DNA of 64,000 bases from an uncultured Erysipelothrix sp. (lineage in GTDB: Bacteria > Bacillota_I > Bacilli_A > Erysipelotrichales > Erysipelotrichaceae), in contig CAYZMP010000003.1 in NCBI GenBank assembly GCA_964479585.1, positions 5,045 through 69,044 on the forward strand. The letters run 5' to 3'. How positions within the stretch are numbered: position 1 is the stretch's first letter; every line of letters begins with the position of its first letter. This document shows, in pieces, positions 27,576-38,691 of this stretch. The notes below the pieces were generated by a model. It searched no databases. It was not told where the DNA came from and saw only the letters and a program-made list of their open reading frames with translations. A program made the position numbers and the translations under genes.

Positions 27576-28607
27576 ATGAAAACTATCGATTTAAGAAGTG
27601 ATACAGTCACAAAACCAACCAGTAAAATGCGTGATGCTATGACGAATGCTGAGGTTGGTGACGATGTTTATGGCGATGATCCTACAGTTAAACAACTAGA
27701 GCTCTTATCTGCAGAAATGACAGGGTTTGAAGACGCTCTTTTTGTAGCAAGTGGCACGATGGGTAATCAATTAGCAATAATGACACACACAAGCAAAGGC
27801 GATGAGATTATTACAGGAAAGATTCATCACATAGTCAACTATGAGGTTGGTGCAATGGCTGTCTTATCTTCAGTTAATGTTAAAGTAATTGATGAAGTTG
27901 TAATAACACCTGATGCCATCAAAGATAGTATCCGACAAAACAATATTCATTTTCCACGAACTTCTTTGGTGGTTTTAGAAAATGCTTTATCAAGTGGGCA
28001 AGTCATAGATAAAGCACATTTTCAAGAGTGTATAAAAGTTGCTAAAGAGAACAATCTTGCTGTTCATGTCGATGGTGCTCGAATTTTCAATGCATCTATT
28101 GCTTTAAAAACTTCTGTCCATGAGTTAGTTGCTCATGCAGATTCTATGATGTTTTGCTTATCAAAAGGCTTAGGAGCTCCTATTGGATCTATGCTTGTAG
28201 GAAGCAAAGCCTTTATCGCTAAGGCTCGAAAATATCGTAAAATGCTTGGTGGGGGATGGAGACAAGCGGGAGTTATTGCATCTTGTGGGATTGTAGCATT
28301 AACTGAAATGGTTGATCGATTAGAAATTGATCATCAAAATGCGACACTTTTAGCAACATTGTTAACTCAAGATAACTCAATTATCGTAGATTTAGACAAA
28401 CTGGATATCAATATGGTGTTTTACAAACTTCCTGTTTTTATTGATGAAAATGATTATGTTAACACTGCTCGAGACAATGGATTTTTAATAAATCCACCTA
28501 AAAATGGTAAGTTTCGAGTTATGACACACATTAATGTTGATGTTAAGGATGTTGAGCAGTTTGCTCAATTTACAATTGCATATGTACAAAAAAACCGTGA
28601 GATTTAA
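27576..28607 (+). CDS. ltaE: low-specificity L-threonine aldolase
   Basis: DLRSDTVTKPT..MR.AM..AEVGDDVYGDDPTV N-terminus and the SKGLGAP PLP-lysine region. Confidence 0.88.
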   Translation: MKTIDLRSDTVTKPTSKMRDAMTNAEVGDDVYGDDPTVKQLELLSAEMTGFEDALFVASGTMGNQLAIMTHTSKGDEIITGKIHHIVNYEVGAMAVLSSVNVKVIDEVVITPDAIKDSIRQNNIHFPRTSLVVLENALSSGQVIDKAHFQECIKVAKENNLAVHVDGARIFNASIALKTSVHELVAHADSMMFCLSKGLGAPIGSMLVGSKAFIAKARKYRKMLGGGWRQAGVIASCGIVALTEMVDRLEIDHQNATLLATLLTQDNSIIVDLDKLDINMVFYKLPVFIDENDYVNTARDNGFLINPPKNGKFRVMTHINVDVKDVEQFAQFTIAYVQKNREI

Positions 28608-28613
28608 TCACGG

Positions 28614-29075
28614 TTATTTTAATTCGTCGATTGCCTTTAATACCAGGTCTACATCAGTTTTTGGATCAACATTTTCAAATATTTCTTCAATAACTCCGTT
28701 TCTTATAATAAATGTTGTTCGAACAATTCCCATGTATCTATTACCAAAACGATTTTTTTCTTGCCATACACCGTAGCGTTGAACGACATTTGTGTCTGGA
28801 TCACTTAGTATTGGAAAGTTTAAATTGTACTTCTCTTTAAATCGAACGTGGCTTTTTACGTCATCTTTGCTCACACCAATTACTTCCACGTTACGCTTAT
28901 CAAATTCTTCTTTATGATCTCTATATGAACATGCCTGTGTTGTGCATCCTGGTGTATCGTCTTTCGGGTAAAAATAAAGAACAATTGTTTGATTATCATA
29001 ATCTGACAATGATACTAAATCTCCATTTTGATCCATTAGAGTAAATGCAGGTGCTTTTGATTTTTTTTCTAACAT
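28614..29075 (-). CDS. bcp: thiol peroxidase Bcp (peroxiredoxin)
   Basis: FYPKDDTPGCTTQAC active-site motif. 153 aa. Confidence 0.9.
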   Translation of the reverse strand: MLEKKSKAPAFTLMDQNGDLVSLSDYDNQTIVLYFYPKDDTPGCTTQACSYRDHKEEFDKRNVEVIGVSKDDVKSHVRFKEKYNLNFPILSDPDTNVVQRYGVWQEKNRFGNRYMGIVRTTFIIRNGVIEEIFENVDPKTDVDLVLKAIDELK

Positions 29076-29130
29076 ACTTTCCTCCTGTTTGTATCATATC
29101 AAATTGTTTTGTATTACCCTATTAAGATGC

Positions 29131-29985
29131 CTATATTTTATCAAGAAGTTTAGTGAGCCATTTATTACTATTTAAGAAAGGTTCATTGTGTTGTCCTATC
29201 TCAATGTTGGGTTTGTTTATACCATGATAATCACTTCCACATGTTATTAACATGTCTCTATTATTTGCATATTGTATAACTTTCTTTACTTGCTCTTTGT
29301 CATGGTAGGAGCAACACGCTTCGATGCCATCTATTGTTTTAAGTGAGTCATAATAAGACAAATCTACGCCCATAATCATAGGATGTGCAATGATGGAAAC
29401 TCCGTTTGTGTCATGAATTAAATCAATTATATCATTTGTATTTGGTAAATCTAATGGTACATAGGCAGCTTTATCAATAGAACAATAATCCCAGTAAAAA
29501 TTTGCTATCGCGTTATTCTTTTTCTCTCCTATAAGATAGGGTTTAAATGCATCGTGATCAAAGTGCTTAAACATGTATTTTGTCATTTCAACGTTTGTTA
29601 TGATTTTATTTGGATACTCTTTAGCTATTTCACTTAAATTCAACTTGATCTTAAATAAACTATTAAAGACATCGATTCTCTTTTGTGTAGCAATCATTAA
29701 CTCATTCATATAATGTGTTTTAATCTGCTGAAAACGATAATCTTTTAAGTTACAACCATAGCCTAGAATATGGTGTACTATTTCACCATCGTAACAATCA
29801 ATTTCTATACCACTAATACTTTGGATTTTTTCTGATTGAGACAGCTCTAATGATCCGAGAGTTTCATTGTGGTCGCAAATTGAGATAAAATCGATACCTT
29901 TGTTTAACGCTTGCTCAATTATTTCATTTACTGGTTTTTCACCATCAAAACTATACTCGCTATGAATGTGTAAATCAGCTTTCAT
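29131..29985 (-). CDS. PHP-domain metal-dependent phosphoesterase
   Basis: MKADLHIHSEYSFDG, ICDHN, IAHP and GSDYHG PHP motifs. Confidence 0.8.
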   Translation of the reverse strand: MKADLHIHSEYSFDGEKPVNEIIEQALNKGIDFISICDHNETLGSLELSQSEKIQSISGIEIDCYDGEIVHHILGYGCNLKDYRFQQIKTHYMNELMIATQKRIDVFNSLFKIKLNLSEIAKEYPNKIITNVEMTKYMFKHFDHDAFKPYLIGEKKNNAIANFYWDYCSIDKAAYVPLDLPNTNDIIDLIHDTNGVSIIAHPMIMGVDLSYYDSLKTIDGIEACCSYHDKEQVKKVIQYANNRDMLITCGSDYHGINKPNIEIGQHNEPFLNSNKWLTKLLDKI

Positions 29986-31669
29986 AATCTAATACCTCTA
30001 CAACAATGGATTCATATGCTCTTAACACCATTTTTTGGCTTATGTGTGGTTTGTTTGGATAATTGTGTACAACGATTCGATCAGAAGTGGATATCATGTT
30101 TTGTTTGAATGTTGCAATTTTATCAGATAGGTTAATAACAACATAATACGTTTTATTTTTTTGACTATCATGTCTATAGTAAGAAAATATTTGCTTATGT
30201 TTCATATGAGTTGATTCAAAGTCACTAAATGCATTTATGTTTGTTTCTCTTACAAACTGAATGAGGGATTTATAAAACGTCAATACACTTGTATTTTCTT
30301 GTTGTTGATCTTCCACATTGATATTCTTATAATTATCATTTACTTTTATCCATGGTTTGACCATTGAAAAACCAGCATTTTCTTTACTACTCCATTGCAT
30401 TGGTGTTCTTGCATGATCTCGTGTCATTTTTGATACAACTTTTTTCGCTAGAAAAGTTGGAAGATGCATCATTTCTTGTAGAACTTTATATGCATTAATC
30501 GACTCATAATCTCTCCATTCTTCTTTATCAAACGATGCATTTGTCATTCCTATTTCTTCTCCTTGATAAATAATTGGTGTTCCTTTTAGAGTCATGTTTA
30601 ATACTGCTAGCGCTTTTGCACTTACTTGTCTATGCTTTTTGTCATTTCCAAAACGTGAAACGTGTCTTGGTTGATCATGATTGGATAAATAGTTTGCCAT
30701 CCAATACTTGTTTTGTTGCATATCAACTTGCCAACTGTTGATAACATCCTTAAATTGATTTATATTCCAATAATATAGTTTTCTAAAATCGAACTTCCCA
30801 AGTGGACCACAACCTAGCATATGAATGTCAAAATGAATCATCATGTCTAATATTGGATGGTTGATATCGCTATATTTTGCTGCTGCTTCTTGGCTCATTA
30901 ACATACCTTCGCCGATTGTTATGATGTCTTTTTGTGTTTTATTTTGAAGTTCTTCCATCATATACTTGGCAAACTCAATAGACTTAGGACGATTGATAAT
31001 ATAATCATCTGCAAACTGGTATCCTTTTTTCTTTGGGTTTTTATCAGGATAACCTTCTTTTTTTGAGATTGTGTTGATGACATCTAAACGAAACCCAGCA
31101 ATGCCTAGATTAATCCAATACTCCATAATGTTTACAACTTCATCACGAACTTCTTTATTATCCCAATTTAAATCTGCTTGATTTGGGGTAAATAGCGTTA
31201 GTGCATATGTATTTTCTTCGATATGCGTCCATGCACTACCACCAAAAATCGATATCCAGTTGTTCGGCTCTTTGTTGTTTCTTCCTTCTTTAAAGATGTA
31301 GTAATCGCGATATTTTGAATTTTTGTCTTCTATTGCTTGCTTAAACCAAGGATGGTCTGTTGAAGTGTGATTAGCGACAAGATCCATAATAATGGATACT
31401 CCTTTTTGATTTGCCTTATGTATAAGTTCTATCATGTCATCCATAGTCCCAAATTGTGGATGAATGGCATAGTAATCAGATACATCGTAACCAAAATCTT
31501 TATTTGGACTAGCATACAAAGGAGAAATCCAAACATGTGTGACTTTGAGTTCTGCTATATAATCTAGTTTTTGGATAATCCCTTGAATATCACCAATACC
31601 ATCATTGTTGCTATCATAAAATGAACGAGGCCAAATCTGGTATATGACTGAGTTGTATTTATCTTTCAT
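29975..31669 (-). CDS. GH13 alpha-glucosidase / oligo-1,6-glucosidase
   Basis: VIYQIWPRSF.DSN.DGIGD, DLVANHTS, GFRLDVIN, GEGM and SNHDQPR catalytic regions I-IV. Confidence 0.9.
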   Translation of the reverse strand: MKDKYNSVIYQIWPRSFYDSNNDGIGDIQGIIQKLDYIAELKVTHVWISPLYASPNKDFGYDVSDYYAIHPQFGTMDDMIELIHKANQKGVSIIMDLVANHTSTDHPWFKQAIEDKNSKYRDYYIFKEGRNNKEPNNWISIFGGSAWTHIEENTYALTLFTPNQADLNWDNKEVRDEVVNIMEYWINLGIAGFRLDVINTISKKEGYPDKNPKKKGYQFADDYIINRPKSIEFAKYMMEELQNKTQKDIITIGEGMLMSQEAAAKYSDINHPILDMMIHFDIHMLGCGPLGKFDFRKLYYWNINQFKDVINSWQVDMQQNKYWMANYLSNHDQPRHVSRFGNDKKHRQVSAKALAVLNMTLKGTPIIYQGEEIGMTNASFDKEEWRDYESINAYKVLQEMMHLPTFLAKKVVSKMTRDHARTPMQWSSKENAGFSMVKPWIKVNDNYKNINVEDQQQENTSVLTFYKSLIQFVRETNINAFSDFESTHMKHKQIFSYYRHDSQKNKTYYVVINLSDKIATFKQNMISTSDRIVVHNYPNKPHISQKMVLRAYESIVVEVLDYES

Positions 31670-31711
31670 GGTTTATCTCTTTTCTTTAGGTTAAGTGTTT
31701 GCTTTTAATGA

Positions 31712-31717
31712 TATAAT
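31712..31717 (+). promoter_or_regulatory. -10 element (TGATATAAT extended -10) only 6 nt upstream of the yggS ATG
   Basis: aatgaTATAATgtctctATG. There is no room for a Shine-Dalgarno sequence. Confidence 0.45.
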
Positions 31718-31723
31718 GTCTCT

Positions 31724-32374
31724 ATGAAAAATCGTAAAGCATTTATCCAAGAATTGCAACAACAAGTCGTAGTTATGGGTGTGAGTAAAAATCGTAGTTT
31801 GGATGAGATTAATGATCTTTATAAAGAAGGCATTACAATTTTTGGTGAGAATAAAGTACAAGAACTTCGTGATAAGTTCATGGAAGATCAACCTTGGCAG
31901 TGGCATTTTATTGGTCACTTACAAAAGAACAAAGTAAAATATGTGGTCAAAATGGTTAGTATGATTCATTCTGTTGATTCAATTGAATTAGTAGATGTTA
32001 TTGAAAAACATGCTGCTAAACTTGATAAAGTAATCAATGTTTTAATTCAAGTGAATGTTGTTAGTGAAAAAAGTAAGTTTGGTTGCTCATTAAATCAAGT
32101 GGAAGAACTAGTGAATCATATTGAACAATGTAGGTATGTTACTCTTAAGGGATTTATGAGTATGGGTCCAGCAAGTCAAGATGAAGAATTAACTAAGGAA
32201 GTGTTTATAAAAACAAATCAGTTGTTTGAACATTACAAAAAAACTCATGCTACCATGGATACGTTATCTATGGGAATGAGTTCTGATTATAAACTAGCTA
32301 TTAAGTATGGTTCAACAATTGTCCGTATTGGTAGTTTATTATTTAATTATTCAAAGAATACCCATCCACAGTAA
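31724..32374 (+). CDS. yggS: YggS-family pyridoxal-phosphate homeostasis protein
   Basis: VMGVSKNRS (PLP lysine), FGENKVQEL, HFIGHLQKNKVKY, SMGMS.D and VRIGS motifs. Confidence 0.9.
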   Translation: MKNRKAFIQELQQQVVVMGVSKNRSLDEINDLYKEGITIFGENKVQELRDKFMEDQPWQWHFIGHLQKNKVKYVVKMVSMIHSVDSIELVDVIEKHAAKLDKVINVLIQVNVVSEKSKFGCSLNQVEELVNHIEQCRYVTLKGFMSMGPASQDEELTKEVFIKTNQLFEHYKKTHATMDTLSMGMSSDYKLAIKYGSTIVRIGSLLFNYSKNTHPQ

Positions 32375-32709
32375 ATTATCACGCCATATAATAATGCATT
32401 ATTTTTAGTAATTATATCTAAAAATGATACATATTGATTAAACTCAGCAATATTAAGTTGTGTAATCACAATTATAAACATAACTAAAGAAATGATGACT
32501 TTCTTAACCCAAGATCGGTTGTTTCTTCTATTTTTTGATAAAAGCATTCCGAAAACAAACAAGCCTAATATGATGATCAGATTGTTAACAATGATGTTTA
32601 AGTTCCCACTTAAAAAAGAATTTGAAACCATTAACGATAACGCTAATGCAATTAATACTAATAGTGGGTTGATTAATTTTGCTAATTTGTCCATTATTTT
32701 TTTCTCCAT
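32347..32709 (-). CDS. small membrane protein, unknown function
   Basis: 120 aa, about four hydrophobic helices. The 3' end overlaps the yggS 3' end convergently by 28 nt. Confidence 0.4.
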   Translation of the reverse strand: MEKKIMDKLAKLINPLLVLIALALSLMVSNSFLSGNLNIIVNNLIIILGLFVFGMLLSKNRRNNRSWVKKVIISLVMFIIVITQLNIAEFNQYVSFLDIITKNNALLYGVIIYCGWVFFE

Positions 32710-33188
32710 TGTGGTTCACATATAAGTCTAATAAATGAACCTATCATAAAGCCAATTGCTGGGGGTATCGATGTTAAGACAAGCTCAATGGCATGTAAGT
32801 CTTCAATATTCATAATAGAATTGAAGATGATTGCAGTCGGATAATTAGCAATCACATAGATTAACCAAATATTTCGTTGTGCCCCATTTATACTCAGTGT
32901 TCGTGTCACTGCCCAAATAATCATTAAAATAAGTGTAAAAATTAATGAGGCTAATGCTACTTTTGAAAAAAGTCTCGATTTATTTTCTTTTGCTATTACA
33001 AATAAGTATCCTCCTAAAACATAAAGTAGGGTTGCTAGAGTAGCACTTGATGTAATAATAGGGTATAAGTCTGCAATTATGTATTGTGATGAAAAGGGAT
33101 GATTGGTCCCAAATACCAAAGCAAATCCTATAGTAATGACAACATGAATGATAATTAAGGAGATGTATGTCTTGCGAAAATCTTTCAT
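32694..33188 (-). CDS. membrane protein, unknown function
   Basis: 164 aa, about five hydrophobic helices. Follows the aminotransferase gene in an operon-like arrangement. Confidence 0.45.
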   Translation of the reverse strand: MKDFRKTYISLIIIHVVITIGFALVFGTNHPFSSQYIIADLYPIITSSATLATLLYVLGGYLFVIAKENKSRLFSKVALASLIFTLILMIIWAVTRTLSINGAQRNIWLIYVIANYPTAIIFNSIMNIEDLHAIELVLTSIPPAIGFMIGSFIRLICEPQWRKK

Positions 33189-33199
33189 TAACTGTTCTC

Positions 33200-34339
33200 C
33201 TATCTACTCAAAAATGATGCGAATCTTCTAACGCCTTCAACAACTTTATCATAATCTGTGCAAAATGATATTCTCACAAAAGAATCAGATTTTTTTGAGA
33301 ATACTTCTCCAGGCACAACAGCTACTTTTTCTTCAAAAAGTAAAGCTCTAGCGAAATCCCATGAATTTTTGTTTGATTTTGATATATCAATAAATAAGTA
33401 AAATGCACCTTGAGGTTTTACATATTCAATTTTATACTCTTCAAGTATTTGAGTTGCGGCTATGTAGTTTTTCTTATATTGATCAACAATTGGTTTTACA
33501 TCCACGTCAAAAGCTTTGATTGCTGCAATTTGAATAAATGGTGGGATTCCAGCAGCCATAAACTGCTGTAGTTTCATCGCTTGTTTAATGATTGCTTGGT
33601 CTGCCATCACATAACCTATACGCCAACCTGTCATTGCGTATGGTTTTGAGAGTGATTGACAGTATATGATTTGTGCTTTGTATTTCTGTTTTTGAACAAT
33701 ATAAGATGGTGTTCCTTCATATACTAATTGATTATATACATCATCCGTTATTACATAGACATTATGTTCATCCATTATTCTTTCAAGAATTTGTAGAGAT
33801 TTATCATTATAAATGGCTCCTGTTGGATTATTTGGGGAATTTACAATGATTGCTTTTGTTTTTGGTGTAATTGCATCTTTTATTTTTGTATATGAAAGTT
33901 GAAAATTCTCAGCTGTTGTATCAATAACAACTGGATTTGCTTTAAATGTTCTTACGATAGGGTAGTAAGCAATGTATGACGGATCAAAAATGATTACTTC
34001 TTCATCCGGATTAAGTATTGCACCTAATGCAGTAAATAAAGCTCCACTTGCGCCTTGGGTCACTAGTACTTCATCGATACTATAATCAATGTTTTGAAAC
34101 TTCTTTTCAAATGATATTATTGATTGTCTTAGCTCTAGCATACCTTGATATGATGGATACTTTGTATTGTCATCGTTTATTGCAGAAATAGCCGCTTCTT
34201 TTACTTGATCAGGAGTATTGAACATCGGTTCTCCAATTGTTAAAGAAATAACTTCATCAACTTTATTTGCTTCTTGACTTAATACTCTAATTCCACTCAT
34301 TTCTAAGTCTTCAATGTTATTATTTAATCGATGTTTCAT
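33200..34339 (-). CDS. class I/II PLP-dependent aminotransferase (aspartate/aromatic type)
   Basis: ORF 33200..34363. The ATG at 34339 follows AAAGGA. NSPNNPTG and SLSKPYAMTGWRIGY PLP-lysine motifs. Confidence 0.85.
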   Translation of the reverse strand: MKHRLNNNIEDLEMSGIRVLSQEANKVDEVISLTIGEPMFNTPDQVKEAAISAINDDNTKYPSYQGMLELRQSIISFEKKFQNIDYSIDEVLVTQGASGALFTALGAILNPDEEVIIFDPSYIAYYPIVRTFKANPVVIDTTAENFQLSYTKIKDAITPKTKAIIVNSPNNPTGAIYNDKSLQILERIMDEHNVYVITDDVYNQLVYEGTPSYIVQKQKYKAQIIYCQSLSKPYAMTGWRIGYVMADQAIIKQAMKLQQFMAAGIPPFIQIAAIKAFDVDVKPIVDQYKKNYIAATQILEEYKIEYVKPQGAFYLFIDISKSNKNSWDFARALLFEEKVAVVPGEVFSKKSDSFVRISFCTDYDKVVEGVRRFASFLSR

Positions 34340-34991
34340 AATTATCCTTTCTATATTCCTCAATTAGCTGTCTTACATTAAGAGAAAACTGGCAGCCACA
34401 ATACGTTTGTCGATACATATTGTGTTTTCTACTAATTTGTATCGATTTATTGTATCCATCATTTTTTTTGAAGTTAGAATACAAATATTTCACATGTGGA
34501 TAACTTTTTTGCAGCCTTTCTCCAATTTGATTTAAAACAACAGAATCTTTGTGTCTGCTTATTGTCATAACTGTTGTCATATAATCATACTGATGATCAG
34601 CGGCGTATCGAATGGCTTCTCTCATTCTTAGCGCAAAACACATAGAGCATCTATTGCCACCTTCTTTATCCTCCGCCCTATGTTTTAGCATTTGATAATA
34701 GTTATCGTTATCATATGTTGTTTGTACAACATCTATAACTACAGCGTATTCATTTTTAAACCATTCAACATATTTTAATAATTCCGCAAATCTTCGATTA
34801 TACTCTGCTTCAGGATATATATTGTGATTATTAAAGTATAGTGTTAAATCAAAATATTCAGATAAGTATTCCATGGGATATGTATTGCAGGGACCACAAC
34901 ATGAATGTAAAAGAAGTCTTGGTTTTGAATCAAGTTTTTTTACTATTTCAATTTCCTTTAGTTGTAATTCGTAATACAATTTTCCATTCAT
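34320..34991 (-). CDS. queH: epoxyqueuosine reductase QueH (DUF208)
   Basis: LLHSCCGPC, ..GGNRCSMCF.. and ..YCGC.. cysteine motifs of QueH. The ATG at 34991 lies 5 nt after AGGTGA. Confidence 0.85.
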   Translation of the reverse strand: MNGKLYYELQLKEIEIVKKLDSKPRLLLHSCCGPCNTYPMEYLSEYFDLTLYFNNHNIYPEAEYNRRFAELLKYVEWFKNEYAVVIDVVQTTYDNDNYYQMLKHRAEDKEGGNRCSMCFALRMREAIRYAADHQYDYMTTVMTISRHKDSVVLNQIGERLQKSYPHVKYLYSNFKKNDGYNKSIQISRKHNMYRQTYCGCQFSLNVRQLIEEYRKDNYETSIK

Positions 34992-34996
34992 TTTAA

Positions 34997-36021
34997 TCAC
35001 CTATATAAGAACATACTATCTCCAAATGAGAAAAACCGATACTTTTCTTGTACAGCTAATTGATAAAATTGCTTTGTGAATTCTAGTCCTGCAAATGCAC
35101 TGATCATCATAAGCAAAGTTGATTTTGGAAGATGAAAATTAGTTATTAGGGCATCAATTGCCTTAAAGCTATATCCTGGATAAATAAAGATCTCACTATA
35201 TCCTTCATCTTGTACTATTTTATCATATTTTGATGCTACTGTTTCAAGCACTCTAGCACTTGTTGTTCCAACTGCAATAATTCTTCGGTTTTCATTTTTA
35301 GCTTTCTGAATGATTTCAGCATTTTCTTTGCTAATTTCATAATATTCAGAATGCATTTTGTGATTGGTAATGTCATCAACTTCAACTGGTTTAAAAGTTC
35401 CTAGTCCTATATGAAGGGTTACATCAACAAATAAGATTCCATTATCTTTTAATTCATCAATTAGTGCTTCGCTAAAATGTAATCCTGCTGTTGGGGCTGC
35501 ACTACTACCTTCTTTTTGAGCATATACTGTTTGATATCTGGAAACATCTTGATTTGTTTGCTTTATATATGGTGGCAATGGTATTTTCCCTATCATATAA
35601 AGGACATCCATTAAAGGATAATCACTTTTCATTTCAAAGACTCGTAATCCCTCTTCTTTAACCTCGACACATGTACCACTTAAATATTTCTCATCAAAAA
35701 TAACCGTTGTGTTAATTTTTACTGCTTTTGCATTTTTCACCATGCACTCCCATCGATTATTCTCAATTTTTAATATTAATACTTCAATTTTTGCATTAGT
35801 TTTTTCTTTGTATCCATACAATCTGGCTGGGATTACTTTAGTATTGTTAACTACTAAAACATCACCCTCTTTTAAATAAGATTTTATATCTTTGAAAATA
35901 TGGTGTTTAATTTCATTAGTATTTACGTTTATTGCCATTAGTTTAGATTCACTTCTTTTATCCGACGGATGTTGTGCTATTAACTCCTTTGGAAGGATAT
36001 AATCAAATTCGTTTGTTTTCA

Positions 36022-36022
<1 letters not shown>
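34997..36022 (-). CDS. queA: S-adenosylmethionine:tRNA ribosyltransferase-isomerase
   Basis: FDY.LP.ELIAQHP...R..S.L, NNTKVIPARL, PLPPYI, AAPTAGLHF and AVGTTS motifs. Confidence 0.93.
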
Positions 36023-37188
<1,166 letters not shown>

Positions 37189-37359
37189 TTATGAAAGATT
37201 TGTGCTTAAACTATTTTCTACATATGTTATTCGTTGCTTTTATTAAGTGTCCTTAACAATGTTTACACTAAATATCTAATTAAAAAACATGGTTCCATTA
37301 TATCACAACACATTAAATACTCCGATAGTGAAAGTTTAGTGAAAACAAATGAATGTAAA

Positions 37360-37388
37360 TTGAATATTTTTACATACCATGCTATATT
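37360..37388 (+). promoter_or_regulatory. candidate promoter of an intergenic sRNA
   Basis: TTGAAT, 17 nt, TATATT on the plus strand, inside the 446-bp tgt-mutY gap. Confidence 0.4.
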
Positions 37389-37394
37389 ATAACC

Positions 37395-37566
37395 ACAACA
37401 CAAATAAGTGTTGCATACTTTAAGAGCTAATAGCTTCGAAATGTAAATCTTCCCTCCTTGTTTCGATAATGCTCTTGACAATATTAGCTTATAGTCAAAT
37501 TTACTCTTAAGGTTAAAATTCAAAAAAAGAAGAAAAAAGTGAGCAGCACACTTTTTTCTTTTTTGA
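37395..37566 (+). ncRNA. candidate ~170-nt structured sRNA with an anti-Shine-Dalgarno loop (CUUCCCUCCUUG)
   Basis: From the predicted TSS: a 5' hairpin CAACAC-AAATAA-GTGTTG (37396-37413). Then a compound hairpin AAGAGC...[TCGAAA, 19-nt loop, TTTCGA]...GCTCTT (37422-37476), a hairpin TTGAC..GTCAA, and a 12-bp terminator AAGAAAAAAGTG-AGCAGCA-CACTTTTTTCTT plus T-run (37530-37564). No credible ORF on this strand. Confidence 0.35.
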
Positions 37567-37604
37567 TACAATAGAGAAGCAATACTATAGATAGGTTGAT
37601 TAAA

Positions 37605-38612
37605 ATGTACATAAACATAGTTAATTGGTATTCTCGTCATAAGCGTGATTTAGCATTTAGAAAATATAATGATCCTTATGCCGTGTGGGTAAGTGAAATT
37701 ATGGCACAGCAAACAAAAATTGATACTATGTTACCATATTTTGATCGTTGGATGACTACACTCCCTACCATTGAAAAATGTGCTAATGCTTCTATTGAAG
37801 AAATTTTGAAACTGTGGGAAGGTCTTGGCTATTACAGAAGAGCAAGACTGTTGCATGAAGGATGCATCTACCTCAAAAACAATTTTAACTCCATATTCCC
37901 AGAGAACTATGACGAAGTCATAAAAATACCTGGTATTGGAGAATACTCTGCAGCAGCAATTTGTTCTATTGTTTTTAATCATTCGATTCCAGCAATTGAT
38001 GGCAATGTTATGAGAATAGTAACTAGAATGCAAATGATAGACCAAGATATTTCAAAATTATCAACTAAGAAAAAAGTGAAAGAAGTCGTAAACGATTGGA
38101 TTTCTATTGAAACTGAAAAAGACATGAGTTCATTCACACAAGGATTAATGGAAATAGGAGCACTAGTATGTACTCCTAAAAATCCTAAATGTGAATCATG
38201 CCCATTAAATATAAATTGTCTATCATTTAAACACAACGTCCAACATGATTTCCCTGTTAAGAAAAAGAAACCTAAATCTCCAATATTCAATTACTCCGTT
38301 TTGATTATTATTGAGAATAATCAAATCTTAGTTAGTAATGATTGGTCGGATGGTTTAATGAAAGGATTGCTTCGATTGCCTCAGGTTGATAGTCAAGCTT
38401 TGTCTAATTTCTATAACGTAAAAATGTTAGACTCATTTAACCACGTTTTTTCCCATAAAGTATGGTCTTTAGATGTTTATACATGTTCTTTAAAGAGTAC
38501 ACATCAAGTTCTCATTAATTCAAACTGGTATTGGTTAAATCTTAATGAGATTGACTCACAAGCGTGGATTACAGCACATAAAAAAATTATAACTTCATTT
38601 GTAAAAGTATAG
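37605..38612 (+). CDS. mutY: A/G-specific adenine DNA glycosylase
   Basis: WY...R.L.FR...DPY.VWVSEIMAQQT, PGIG.Y.A.AI, and the Cys cluster C..P.C..CP....C. Start taken at ATG 37605. Confidence 0.9.
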   Translation: MYINIVNWYSRHKRDLAFRKYNDPYAVWVSEIMAQQTKIDTMLPYFDRWMTTLPTIEKCANASIEEILKLWEGLGYYRRARLLHEGCIYLKNNFNSIFPENYDEVIKIPGIGEYSAAAICSIVFNHSIPAIDGNVMRIVTRMQMIDQDISKLSTKKKVKEVVNDWISIETEKDMSSFTQGLMEIGALVCTPKNPKCESCPLNINCLSFKHNVQHDFPVKKKKPKSPIFNYSVLIIIENNQILVSNDWSDGLMKGLLRLPQVDSQALSNFYNVKMLDSFNHVFSHKVWSLDVYTCSLKSTHQVLINSNWYWLNLNEIDSQAWITAHKKIITSFVKV

Positions 38613-38691
38613 AAGTATGCGTCAATACAATGAGAATTCAAAAATTTTTATTTACTTGAAAGCATACTTTTTTATATTTGAGAAAATCAGT

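Noticed and set aside
37263-37640. 125-aa minus-strand ORF in the tgt-mutY gap. Its Cys-rich C-terminal part (..KVCNTYLCCGYNIAWYV...LMCCDIMEPCF..) is preceded by a perfect AAGGAGGG.
   Set aside because: No ATG, GTG or TTG lies at a workable distance after the SD-like motif; only ATT codons do. The long version would start inside the mutY coding region. The GGAGG is better explained as the complement of the C-rich loop of the plus-strand sRNA candidate. A small peptide is not fully excluded.
38613-38691. Long-loop hairpin AAGTATGC...GCATACTT between mutY and the aldo/keto reductase gene, considered as a possible ncRNA.
   Set aside because: It is flanked by T/A runs on both strands between convergent genes, so a bidirectional terminator with an inner stem (TTCAA..TTGAA) is sufficient explanation.
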